The notes: generated by a model from the letters alone, not told the origin. DNA of 64,000 nt from Clostridia bacterium (GCA_022791915.1 JAAWAB010000020.1:4391-68390), one strand, 5' to 3'; shown: positions 35,804 to 45,383, counted from the first letter of the stretch. Numbers and translations are program-made.

Positions 35804-37012
35804 ATGAATATCAAATTTTCACCACCCGATATCAGCGAACTGGAAATAGAAGAAGTAACTGCGGCGTTAAAGTCGGGTTGGATTACAACGGGACCGCGCG
35901 TCAAGCGGTTGGAAAAACAGATAGCGGAATATGTGGGAACGCCCCAATGCGTATGTTTGAATTCGCAAACCGCATGTGCGGAGATGGCATTGCGGATTCT
36001 GGGAATCGGTGAAGGCGACGAAGTAATCACGTCGGCGTATACATACACCGCAACGGCTTCGGTTGTATGTCATGTCGGCGCAAAACTTGTGCTGGTGGAT
36101 ACGCAAAAAGATAATCTTCAACCCGATTATAAGGCGTTGGAAGCTGCAATTACCGAGCGTACGAAAGCAATTATTCCCGTGGATATAGCGGGTATTCCGT
36201 GCGATTACGACACGCTGTTTTCCATTGTGAATCGTAAGAAAAATCTGTTTAAGCCGGTGTGTGATATACAGAAATCCATGGGCAGAGTGGCTGTTTTGGC
36301 GGATACCGCGCATGCGTTCGGTGCACAGTGGCATGGAAAAAAAGTGGGGAGTATCGCAGACTTTTCGTCGTTCAGTTTTCATGCCGTTAAAAATTTTACT
36401 ACGGGTGAAGGCGGTGCGTTGACTTGGCGCCACATCGATGGAATCGACGATGAAGAAATTTACCGCAGATTGCAATTATTGTCTTTACACGGACAGAACA
36501 AAGACGCGCTTGCAAAGACCCAACTCGGCGCGTGGGAATACGATATCATCGGTACTTGGCACAAGTGCAACATGACCGATGTTGCCGCGGCTATGGGACT
36601 TGCGCAGTTTAAGCGGTATCCGCTTTTGTTAAAGCGTCGCCGCGAGATGATAGAGCGGTACGATAAAGCATTTAAGCCGCTCGGCATTCGGGTCTTGGAG
36701 CATTATACGGATAAATATGTTTCGTCGGGGCATTTATATCTGACGCGCGTGCCTAATATCACACCCGAGCAACGCAATGAAATCATAACGCGCATGGCGC
36801 AAAAAGGAATTGCTTGCAATGTGCATTACAAACCGCTACCCATGCATACGGCATACAAAAATCTCGGTTTTGACATAAAACGTTACCCGAACGCATACGA
36901 AAATTATGCAAATGAAATTACATTGCCGTTGCACACTTGTCTAACGGATGAAGAAGTGGAATATATTGTGGAAAACTATTGTGAAGTCGTTAAAGGAATA
37001 GAAAATGTATAA
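35804..37012 (+). CDS. DegT/DnrJ/EryC1/StrS-family sugar aminotransferase (PglE/EpsN-like)
   Basis: Start at ATG 35804. FSPPDISELEIEEVTAALKSGWITTGP and the PLP-lysine context SFHAVKNFTTGEGGAL. Confidence 0.85.
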   Translation: MNIKFSPPDISELEIEEVTAALKSGWITTGPRVKRLEKQIAEYVGTPQCVCLNSQTACAEMALRILGIGEGDEVITSAYTYTATASVVCHVGAKLVLVDTQKDNLQPDYKALEAAITERTKAIIPVDIAGIPCDYDTLFSIVNRKKNLFKPVCDIQKSMGRVAVLADTAHAFGAQWHGKKVGSIADFSSFSFHAVKNFTTGEGGALTWRHIDGIDDEEIYRRLQLLSLHGQNKDALAKTQLGAWEYDIIGTWHKCNMTDVAAAMGLAQFKRYPLLLKRRREMIERYDKAFKPLGIRVLEHYTDKYVSSGHLYLTRVPNITPEQRNEIITRMAQKGIACNVHYKPLPMHTAYKNLGFDIKRYPNAYENYANEITLPLHTCLTDEEVEYIVENYCEVVKGIENV

Positions 37013-37799
37013 ACACTTCTTTAAGCCATTATTTGATTTTATAATTGCTTTGATAGGGTTACCTTTTTTTATCCTGTTGTTTATTCCCATTGCAATCGCC
37101 ATTAAAATTAACGATGGCGGTCCCATATTTTATTGCGGAAAAAGATTGGGACGAAACGGTAAACCGTTTAGAATGTATAAATTTCGTTCCATGAAGGTGA
37201 ATGCGCCCGATATCCGTTTAAGCGACGGTTCGACATATAATGCGGAAGACGATGACAGAGTTACGAAAGTAGGGCGATTCTTACGCAAAACTTCATTAGA
37301 TGAAATTCCGCAATTATTAAATGTTTTGCTTTTTCAGATGAGTTTTATCGGTCCGCGTCCCGATCCGATTGATTGGTTGGAAAAGTATCCGGAGGACGAA
37401 AGGGATTTTCTGAAATTACGCCCCGGAATTACGGGATACAATCAAGCGTATTTCCGTAACAGTGCCGACGGTAACGAAAAAATACGCAATGATAACTATT
37501 ATGCAAGACATATTTCTTTTTGGTTGGATATTAAAATCTTTTTTAAGTCTTTTATTGTAGTAATCAAAAAAGAAAATATAAATGTAACGGAAAACAGAAT
37601 AGAAAATGGTACCGAAACAATGGAGTCAAATGATGCTTTTCAATCCGAAGAACTCTTGGCGGAGAGTGAAGAATTGGGTGAAATCTCTGATGATACGGGA
37701 ATGGGTGTTGACGATTCGGTAGCAAGTGAAACGGACGAGCGCAGAACAGTGGACGATTCGGAGTCCGACGAGCAGTCAAATGGCGGAGAGATAATATGA
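37005..37799 (+). CDS. small monotopic phosphoglycosyl transferase (bacterial sugar transferase, PglC/WbaP-C-like) with an acidic tail
   Basis: Re-entrant helix LFDFIIALIGLPFFILLFIPIAIAI. Motifs YKFRSM, DEIPQLLNVL, IGPRPD and RPGITGY. About 70 aa of Asp/Glu/Ser-rich C-terminus. Confidence 0.85.
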   Translation: MYKHFFKPLFDFIIALIGLPFFILLFIPIAIAIKINDGGPIFYCGKRLGRNGKPFRMYKFRSMKVNAPDIRLSDGSTYNAEDDDRVTKVGRFLRKTSLDEIPQLLNVLLFQMSFIGPRPDPIDWLEKYPEDERDFLKLRPGITGYNQAYFRNSADGNEKIRNDNYYARHISFWLDIKIFFKSFIVVIKKENINVTENRIENGTETMESNDAFQSEELLAESEELGEISDDTGMGVDDSVASETDERRTVDDSESDEQSNGGEII

Positions 37800-38839
37800 G
37801 AGAATATGGATCCGAATTTTCATATTATGCCGATTGCAGTCCGATTCAAACGCGATGGCAAAAGTATTCCGCCTTTCACCTGTTACGATGTGGGCGAGAT
37901 GCTATTTTTTTGGCAGCGAAAGCAGTCGCGGAAGAGTACGGAATAAAAAAAGTTTATATGCCGGCATTGGCGTGTCATTCCATGTTTGAAGCATTTCAAG
38001 AGTTGGGCTATACGGTTATATTTTACCCGATTGACTCATCGTTTGATTATGTATTAAATGAAGAAAATTACAATCAATGCTTGGTCTTTTTTATGCTTTA
38101 CTATGGCGTTACAGATGTCGGTAAAATCGACAACTTTATCAAAAAGCATAAAAACTGTATTACCTTGGTAGATATTACCCATTCGATTTGGGATAGTCAT
38201 ACTTATAATATGAAAGCGGACATTTTGGTCGGAAGTGTTCGTAAAAGCATAGGCGTTGTGAATGGGGGGATTTTTTTATCCGATGCGATAGATATTACGC
38301 CAAATATGGGTGTTAACGAATTTACGCATTTACGTCAAAAAGCTTTTGCAACAAAATTATTGTATGAAAGCGAGAGCGATTTACGGTACAAAGATGCATT
38401 TAGGTTGCTATTTTCGGAGGCGGAGCAATCATTGCAAATAAAGGGATATGCTGCGAATCAAGAAAGCATTGATAGCATTATGAAAGTTAACGCGGAATAT
38501 ATTCGCAGAAAACGAGAAGCAAATTACAAAATTTTATACGAAGAGTTAAAAGAAATTACGGACATCAACATATTATCCGAAAAAATGAAAAAGGAGAGTA
38601 TTCCGTTTTCTTTGCCGATAACAATATCCGGCAGACAATCATTCCAAAAGAAATTAGCGGAAAAAGGTGTATATGCACCCGTATTATGGCCTATAACGGA
38701 GCAACAAAAAGAGGTGTGTGCCTTTTCGCGTTATGTGGAGGAAAATATGCTTTCGTTGCCGATTGACCAACGGTATAATATCGAGGATATGAAAAATATT
38801 GCCGAAAGAGTTCGAGAGGTGGTCTATGAAAGGCGATAA
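37796..38839 (+). CDS. PLP-fold (DegT-like, type I aminotransferase fold) enzyme of unknown specificity
   Basis: Layout resembles DegT-like enzymes: LRCGRDAIFLAAKAV, MPALACHSMFEAF, VDITHS, and a candidate PLP-lysine in VGSVRKSIGVVNGGIF. Overlaps both neighbouring genes. Confidence 0.55.
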   Translation: MREYGSEFSYYADCSPIQTRWQKYSAFHLLRCGRDAIFLAAKAVAEEYGIKKVYMPALACHSMFEAFQELGYTVIFYPIDSSFDYVLNEENYNQCLVFFMLYYGVTDVGKIDNFIKKHKNCITLVDITHSIWDSHTYNMKADILVGSVRKSIGVVNGGIFLSDAIDITPNMGVNEFTHLRQKAFATKLLYESESDLRYKDAFRLLFSEAEQSLQIKGYAANQESIDSIMKVNAEYIRRKREANYKILYEELKEITDINILSEKMKKESIPFSLPITISGRQSFQKKLAEKGVYAPVLWPITEQQKEVCAFSRYVEENMLSLPIDQRYNIEDMKNIAERVREVVYERR

Positions 38840-40013
38840 AATTCTTATAGTCGGTGCGAGTATATTGCAAATGCCTGCCATTAAGCGGGCAAAAGAAATG
38901 GGGTTAACGACTGCCGTTGCCGATTATAATCCCAATGCGGTAGGAATCCGATTTGCCGATGAATATTATAATTGTAGCACTCTTGATAAAGACGGAATGC
39001 TTAATGTAGTGGAAAAATTTTGCCCGGACGGAATCATGACAATGGCGACCGATTTGCCGATGCGAACGATTGCGCATGTGTGCATGAAAAAAAATTTGGT
39101 TGGAATTTCGGAAGAATGCGCATTGAATTGTACCGATAAAATTCAAATGATTCGCTGTTTCAAAGAAAATGGGGTGCCTTCTCCGAACTTTGAAGAAATA
39201 ACCGATTTATCGGATTTGAAAAGTAAAGCGGACACTTTGCAATTTCCTGCCATTATGAAACCCGCCGATAATTCGGGAAGTCGCGGTGTTGTATTGGTGC
39301 ATAACATAGAAGATTGTTTGGCGCAATATGATTATGTTTATGAATGCTCGCATAACGGGAAAATACTTATTGAAGAATATTTGAGTGGACCGGAAGTGAG
39401 CGTGGAAACTTTTGTTGTCGGTGGGAAGGCACATGTTTTGCAAGTGACCGATAAGGTGACAACGGGAGCGCCGTATTTTGTGGAACTCGGGCATTCCCAG
39501 CCGGGTATGCTAAATCAAAATATCATAGAAAAAATAACCGCCGTAGCGGATTCGGCTTGTCGGGCTGTGGGATTGATAAACGGACCTGCGCATTTGGAAA
39601 TGATTATAACCGAAGGCGAACCCAAAATGGTGGAAATGGGCGCTCGGATGGGCGGAGATTGCATAACGTCGCATTTGGTTCCTTTGTCTACCGGAATCGA
39701 TATGACAGAACAGACTATACGGTATTGTCTTGGATTGCCCGTAAATCTCAACGAAAAGTTGCATATGGGTAGTGCGGTATGTTTTTTAACCGCTCGCGCG
39801 GGGAGAATTAAGGATATACAAGGAGTGGAAAGAGCTTATCGAATTGACGGTGTGAAAGAAGTCGGATTTTTCAAGCAGGTGGGGGAAGAAGTTGCGGAAA
39901 TTCATTCTTCTTCCGATAGAATCGGATATGTTATTGTCCAGAAAAAATCCGCAAAAGACGCCATTGCCGCATGCAAAAAGGCGGCAAGTAAAATAAAGAT
40001 ACACATTGCGTGA
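38826..40013 (+). CDS. ATP-grasp family ligase
   Basis: Start at ATG 38826. KILIVGASILQMPAIKRAKEMG pre-ATP-grasp domain. FPAIMKPADNSGSRGVVLV, ILIEEYLSGPEVSVE and GPAHLEMIITEGEPKMVEMGARMGG. Confidence 0.8.
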   Translation: MKGDKILIVGASILQMPAIKRAKEMGLTTAVADYNPNAVGIRFADEYYNCSTLDKDGMLNVVEKFCPDGIMTMATDLPMRTIAHVCMKKNLVGISEECALNCTDKIQMIRCFKENGVPSPNFEEITDLSDLKSKADTLQFPAIMKPADNSGSRGVVLVHNIEDCLAQYDYVYECSHNGKILIEEYLSGPEVSVETFVVGGKAHVLQVTDKVTTGAPYFVELGHSQPGMLNQNIIEKITAVADSACRAVGLINGPAHLEMIITEGEPKMVEMGARMGGDCITSHLVPLSTGIDMTEQTIRYCLGLPVNLNEKLHMGSAVCFLTARAGRIKDIQGVERAYRIDGVKEVGFFKQVGEEVAEIHSSSDRIGYVIVQKKSAKDAIAACKKAASKIKIHIA

Positions 40014-40020
40014 GGTACTT

Positions 40021-41268
40021 ATGAAAAAAGTTTGGCTTGTATCGCATTATGCAATGCCGCCGCAACTGGAAGTGCGTGTTAAAACGATTCGATATGCTCG
40101 GATTCTGCAAGAACGAGGATATGAAGTGTTATTGATTACCGCCAGTACGATTCATAACAGTGATATCAACTTGATAGACACAAAAGATTTTTATGTGGAA
40201 CGAGAATACGAAGGGCTGAAATACGTACACATTAAATGTTCTTCGTATAGTGGCAGCGGAATAAAGCGAATTATCAATATGTTGCAGTTTCAACGTCGAT
40301 TCAAAAAAGTTATGAAACATTTTTCCGCTCCCGATGTAATTGTTGCCGATTGCAATTGCGTGAATTACAAGGGGTTGATACAATATGCAAAAGCAAGACG
40401 TGTGCCATTTGTTACGGAAGTAAGAGATTTATGGCCGTTGTCCATTGTTGAATATAAGAACATTTCTCCGAAAAACCCGATTATTCGTAATTTGTATGCG
40501 CGTGAAAGAAAAATGTATTGCTTGTCGGATGCTATAATTTTTTCCATGGAAGGCGGAAAAGATTATATCGTGGAAAAAGGTTGGGATGATACGGTTGATT
40601 TGAACAAAGTATTTTATATCAATAACGGATTAGACGTAGAGTTGCAGAACAAGCAGAAAGAAGAGTTTACGATTGACGATGAAGACTTGAATGATACGGC
40701 TTTCAAAATTGTGTATGCGGGGTCTATTCGTACTGCGAATTCAGTGGATTTGTTGGTAAAAGCCGCCGAACAATTACGCGAGCAAACGGATATCCGCTTT
40801 TTGATATATGGCGATGGAGATAAAAAAGAAGAACTGGAACGGTATTGCGTGGCAAATAATCTTCAAAATGTTCGGTTCAAAGGAAGAGTAGATAAAAAGT
40901 ACATTCCGTATATTTGCTCGAAAGCAAATGTGAACTTTATCAGCGTTAAACAAACGGGTATTTCAAAATACGGGGTTAGTTGGAATAAATTATTCGACTA
41001 TATGAACGCCGAACGACCGATACTATCCAATGTTAAAGTAAATTACGACTTACTTGAAAGATATCGGTGCGGCATCAGTTTGGAAGAGCAGACGCCGGAA
41101 GCCATAGCACAAGCAATTTTGCAAATTTACAATATGCCGAGCGAAGAATATGAGCAGATGTGTCAAAATGCGAAAGAAGCGGCAAAGAATTTCGACTATT
41201 CTATTCTTACGGATAAGTTGGAAGAAGTTATCGAATATGCCATAGAACATCACGGAGAAAAAGGTTGA
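40021..41268 (+). CDS. glycosyltransferase family 4 (WbuB-like)
   Basis: Start at ATG 40021, after RBS gaggt. MKKVWLVSHYAMPP N-terminus typical of WbuB-like GT4 enzymes. GT-B C-terminal domain (VYAGSIRTANSVD..., ISKYGVSWNKLFDYMNAERPIL). Confidence 0.75.
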   Translation: MKKVWLVSHYAMPPQLEVRVKTIRYARILQERGYEVLLITASTIHNSDINLIDTKDFYVEREYEGLKYVHIKCSSYSGSGIKRIINMLQFQRRFKKVMKHFSAPDVIVADCNCVNYKGLIQYAKARRVPFVTEVRDLWPLSIVEYKNISPKNPIIRNLYARERKMYCLSDAIIFSMEGGKDYIVEKGWDDTVDLNKVFYINNGLDVELQNKQKEEFTIDDEDLNDTAFKIVYAGSIRTANSVDLLVKAAEQLREQTDIRFLIYGDGDKKEELERYCVANNLQNVRFKGRVDKKYIPYICSKANVNFISVKQTGISKYGVSWNKLFDYMNAERPILSNVKVNYDLLERYRCGISLEEQTPEAIAQAILQIYNMPSEEYEQMCQNAKEAAKNFDYSILTDKLEEVIEYAIEHHGEKG

Positions 41269-42395
41269 TGGAATTTATAGATTTGCATAAACAATATCGC
41301 GCATTGCAAGAGAATATCGACGCGCGGATTAAAGGCGTGTTGGAACGCGGACAGTATATCGGCGGCGAAGAAGTGCGGGAACTTTCCGAAAGATTAGCCG
41401 CCTATTGCGGCACGCAATATTGTTTAACGTGTGCCAACGGTACCGACGCTCTCACGCTTGCACTCCGTTGTTTTAACGTGAAAAAAGGCGATGCTGTGTT
41501 TGTGCCCGATTTTACGTTTTTTGCGAGCGCCGAAACCGTGGCGCTCGAAGGCGCAACGTGTGTGTTTGTAGACGTAGAAGAGCGTACTTTCAATCTGGAT
41601 GCGCGAAAACTTGAAGATGCGATTTGCGAAGTTATACGGCAGAGAGAGTTAACGCCCAAAGCGATTGTTGCGGTGGATTTATTCGGCTTGCCCGCAAACT
41701 ATCCGAAAATCCGTGCGGTGGCAAAAAAATATAATTTGCCGATTATCGAGGATGGAGCGCAAGGGTTCGGCGGCAGTATAGGTATGCAAAAAGCATGTTC
41801 TTTCGGCGATATTTCCACTACGTCGTTTTTTCCCGCAAAGCCGTTGGGATGTTACGGTGACGGAGGAGCGATATTTACCGATAATAAAGCATATTACGAT
41901 TTAATGTGTTCGCTTGCCGTACACGGAAAGGGCACGTTCAAATATGATAATGTGCGCATAGGGTATAATTCGCGGTTAGATACCGTACAGGCTGGTATTT
42001 TGTTGGAAAAGTTGTCCGCTTTCGAGCGTTACGAATTACAAGACAGAAATATGGTTGCGGAACGGTATACAAAAGCGTTGCGGAATCGATATAAAACGCC
42101 GCAAATTCCCGACGGATTCGGCAGTAGTTGGGCGCAATATACGTTGATTCTGAAAGATAAAAACGAACGCGCGTCGTTGCAGGAATATCTGAAAGCCAAA
42201 GGGATTCCCACCATGGTTTATTATCCCAAACCGATGCACGCGCAAACGGCTTTTGCCGAGTTGCCGAGTCGAAAAGAAAAATTGACGATTTCGTCGCATT
42301 TGTCCGATTGCGTGTTAAGCATACCCATGCACCCGTATTTAACCGAGACGGAGATAAATTCCGTTTGCAATGCTTTGTTGGAGTATAACCAATGA
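41265..42395 (+). CDS. DegT-family aminotransferase, WbpE-like (UDP-2-acetamido-2-deoxy-3-oxo-glucuronate aminotransferase)
   Basis: QYIGGEEVRELSERLAAYCG and the PLP-lysine context TSFFPAKPLGCYGDGGAI. Genetic context includes WbpD/A/B-like genes. Confidence 0.75.
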   Translation: MMEFIDLHKQYRALQENIDARIKGVLERGQYIGGEEVRELSERLAAYCGTQYCLTCANGTDALTLALRCFNVKKGDAVFVPDFTFFASAETVALEGATCVFVDVEERTFNLDARKLEDAICEVIRQRELTPKAIVAVDLFGLPANYPKIRAVAKKYNLPIIEDGAQGFGGSIGMQKACSFGDISTTSFFPAKPLGCYGDGGAIFTDNKAYYDLMCSLAVHGKGTFKYDNVRIGYNSRLDTVQAGILLEKLSAFERYELQDRNMVAERYTKALRNRYKTPQIPDGFGSSWAQYTLILKDKNERASLQEYLKAKGIPTMVYYPKPMHAQTAFAELPSRKEKLTISSHLSDCVLSIPMHPYLTETEINSVCNALLEYNQ

Positions 42396-42967
42396 ACAAA
42401 AAATATTTTGTGCACCAATCGAGCTATGTGGACGAGCCGTGCGAAATCGGCGAAGGCACGAAAATCTGGCATTTCTGTCATATTATGAGCGGATGCACGA
42501 TAGGAAAAAATTGCAATATCGGACAAAACGTCGTTATCTCGCCCGATGTGGTTTTGGGAAACAATGTAAAAATACAGAATAACGTTTCGGTATATACGGG
42601 CGTTACATGCGAAGATGATGTTTTTTTGGGACCAAGTTGTGTATTTACCAACGTAACAAACCCGAGAAGTCATATTTGCAGGAAAGAAGAATACAAAAAA
42701 ACGCTGTTGCAAAAAGGGTGTACCGTAGGAGCAAACAGCACGATTGTATGCGGGCACACAATCGGAAAATACGCATTGATTGGTGCGGGCAGTGTTGTTA
42801 CCAAAGATATTCCCGATTATGCGTTGGTAAAAGGGAATCCCGCGCGCATTAGCGGATTTGTATGTGCTTGCGGAGAAAAGTTGATGTTTGAAAACAACGT
42901 TGCGCAATGTAAATGCGGAAAAAAATACGAAAAACAAGAAGATTCGGTTAAGGAGATAAACCAATGA
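42392..42967 (+). CDS. left-handed beta-helix N-acetyltransferase, WbpD-like
   Basis: Hexapeptide repeats (IGEGTKIWHFCHIMSGCTIGKNCNIGQNVVISPDVVLGNNVKIQNNVSV). Translationally coupled on both sides. Confidence 0.75.
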   Translation: MNKKYFVHQSSYVDEPCEIGEGTKIWHFCHIMSGCTIGKNCNIGQNVVISPDVVLGNNVKIQNNVSVYTGVTCEDDVFLGPSCVFTNVTNPRSHICRKEEYKKTLLQKGCTVGANSTIVCGHTIGKYALIGAGSVVTKDIPDYALVKGNPARISGFVCACGEKLMFENNVAQCKCGKKYEKQEDSVKEINQ

Positions 42968-44286
42968 ATATGAAAGAACTGTTGCTGAAAAAGATTGCGG
43001 ACAAGTCTATTGTAGTCGGCGTTTGCGGACTCGGATATGTCGGATTGCCGCTTGCCGTGGAAAAGGCAAAAGCGGGATTTAAGACAATCGGATTCGACGT
43101 ACAGGAATCCAAAGTTCAAATGGTGAACGAAGGGCACAATTATATCGGCGACGTCGTGGATTCCGAACTTTCCGCTATTGTGAAAAGCGGCATGCTTTCG
43201 GCAACGACCGACTTTTCATTTGTCAAAGACGTGGATTTTATTGCAATTTGCGTGCCCACGCCGCTGGATGCGCATCAACAACCCGATATCAGTTATGTGC
43301 GAGACAGCGCTGTTTCCGTGGCAAAGTATTTGCGTAAAAACACTATGGTGGTGTTGGAGTCCACAACTTATCCGGGCACCACGGAAGAATTGCTCAAACC
43401 CATACTCGAAAAAGGGAGTGGTTTGAAGTGCGGCAAGGATTTCTATTTGGGATTCAGCCCCGAGCGAGTAGACCCGGGCAATCTGATTTACAAAACCAAA
43501 AACACGCCCAAAGTTGTGGGAGCAATCGGTAAAGACGCCACCGAAGTGATTGCCGCTATGTATCGCGCCGTTTTACAGAGCGATATACACGAAGTATCTT
43601 CGCCTGCCGTTGCGGAAATGGAAAAGATACTCGAAAACACATATCGCAATATCAATATCGGTTTGGTGAACGAGCTGGCACAACTTTGTCACAAAATGGG
43701 TATCAGTATTTGGGAAGTCATCGATGCCGCAAAAACCAAACCGTACGGGTTTCAGGCTTTTTATCCCGGTCCCGGTTTGGGCGGACATTGTATTCCGCTT
43801 GACCCATACTATTTGTCCTGGAAGGCGCGCGAATATGGGTTCCATACGTCTATGATTGAATCTTCTATGATGATAAACGATAAAATGCCCGAGTACACCG
43901 TAGAGAGATTGGGAGATATTCTCAATAAGCAGAAAAAATCGCTTAACGGTGCAAAAATCTTGCAACTCGGCGTAGCTTATAAAAACGATATAGACGATTA
44001 TCGTGAAAGCCCCGCGTTGGCTGTGCGGGAGTTACTGAATGCGGAAGGGTGCGACGTGGAGTATTTTGACCCGTTTGTGGCAACATATCGCTATCACGGG
44101 AAACAATACGGCAGTCTGCCCGCTATATCTCCCGAGATTGTGAAAAAGTATGACGCAGTGATTATAACGGCGGGGCATACGAAAAACGTGGACTATCAAA
44201 TGGTTGCCGATAACGCAAAAGCGATTTTCGACACGAAAAACGTTATGAAAAACATAACAAAACGTGATAATATCGAGGTATTGTGA
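42964..44286 (+). CDS. UDP-N-acetyl-hexosamine 6-dehydrogenase (nucleotide-sugar dehydrogenase, WbpA/WecC-like)
   Basis: Rossmann VGVCGLGYVGLPLAV and catalytic Cys context PGPGLGGHCIPLDPYY. Confidence 0.8.
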   Translation: MNMKELLLKKIADKSIVVGVCGLGYVGLPLAVEKAKAGFKTIGFDVQESKVQMVNEGHNYIGDVVDSELSAIVKSGMLSATTDFSFVKDVDFIAICVPTPLDAHQQPDISYVRDSAVSVAKYLRKNTMVVLESTTYPGTTEELLKPILEKGSGLKCGKDFYLGFSPERVDPGNLIYKTKNTPKVVGAIGKDATEVIAAMYRAVLQSDIHEVSSPAVAEMEKILENTYRNINIGLVNELAQLCHKMGISIWEVIDAAKTKPYGFQAFYPGPGLGGHCIPLDPYYLSWKAREYGFHTSMIESSMMINDKMPEYTVERLGDILNKQKKSLNGAKILQLGVAYKNDIDDYRESPALAVRELLNAEGCDVEYFDPFVATYRYHGKQYGSLPAISPEIVKKYDAVIITAGHTKNVDYQMVADNAKAIFDTKNVMKNITKRDNIEVL

Positions 44287-44288
44287 TA

Positions 44289-45371
44289 ATGAAATACGCA
44301 CTTATCGGTTGCGGGAGAATTTCCACCAATCATATCAAGGCGGCTGTAAACAATAATTTACAAATCGTTGCCGTGTGCGATATGGTTCCCGCCCGCATGC
44401 AAGAAGTTCTTTCCAAACACGGGTTGGAAAATAATATGTCGATTGCACGGTATACCGATTATAAAAAAATGCTTGCCGAACATTCGGATATACAACTTGT
44501 GAGTATTGCTACCGAAAGCGGAAAGCATGCCGAGATTGCGTTGTATTGTATAGAAAAAGACATCAATGTAATTATCGAAAAGCCGATGGCTATGAGCATA
44601 GCCGATGCCGAAAAAATCATTGCGTTATCACAAAAGAGAAACGTGAAAGTTTCGGCTTGTCATCAGAATCGGTTTAATATTGCCGTGCAACAAATGCGTC
44701 AAGCTCTCGAATCGGGACGTTTCGGAAAAATTTCGCACGGGAGCGTGCATGTGCGTTGGAATCGCAATAAAGACTATTACGAACAAGCGAAATGGCGGGG
44801 TACATGGGCGCAAGACGGAGGCGCGCTTATGAATCAGTGCATTCATGGAATCGATTTATTGCGCTGGATGATGGGTGATGAAATCGAAGAAGTATACGGC
44901 GTTACAAAGCAACAATTGCATACGTATTTGGAATGTGAAGATATCGGCATGGCGGTTGTTCAATTCAAAAACGGAGCCGTGGGGACAATAGAGGGCACTA
45001 CGAATGTGTATCCCAAAAATCTGGAAGAAACATTGTATCTTTTCGGAGAGAACGGCACGGTGAAACTGGGCGGAAAATCAACCAACGCGATTGACGTATG
45101 GGATTTTGCCGACGAAACGAATGCGGATAAAGAAAACAAAGGACTTTTCGAGCAAACGAGCAACGTGTACGGCAACGGACACACGAGTTTATTTGCCGAT
45201 ATGATGGACGCGATTCAAAATAATCGCAAACCGTATGTCGATGCCGTAGCCGGGCGCAATGCGTTGGAATTGGTGTTAGCAGTATATAAGTCGGCGGCGG
45301 AAGGTAAGCCTGTTAAACTGCCGCTTAAAGAATGCGCGAGTATAGATTTTACGGGAAGGTTTGGAAAGTAA
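44289..45371 (+). CDS. Gfo/Idh/MocA oxidoreductase, WbpB-like (3-dehydrogenase of UDP-GlcNAcA)
   Basis: MKYALIGCGRISTNHIKAA and the IIEKPMA motif. Start could alternatively be GTG 44283. Confidence 0.75.
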   Translation: MKYALIGCGRISTNHIKAAVNNNLQIVAVCDMVPARMQEVLSKHGLENNMSIARYTDYKKMLAEHSDIQLVSIATESGKHAEIALYCIEKDINVIIEKPMAMSIADAEKIIALSQKRNVKVSACHQNRFNIAVQQMRQALESGRFGKISHGSVHVRWNRNKDYYEQAKWRGTWAQDGGALMNQCIHGIDLLRWMMGDEIEEVYGVTKQQLHTYLECEDIGMAVVQFKNGAVGTIEGTTNVYPKNLEETLYLFGENGTVKLGGKSTNAIDVWDFADETNADKENKGLFEQTSNVYGNGHTSLFADMMDAIQNNRKPYVDAVAGRNALELVLAVYKSAAEGKPVKLPLKECASIDFTGRFGK

Positions 45372-45383
45372 GGGGATTTTGCA

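Noticed and set aside
42221-42964. 247-aa minus-strand ORF opposite the WbpD-like acetyltransferase
   Set aside because: The sense frame has textbook hexapeptide repeats and is translationally coupled on both sides.
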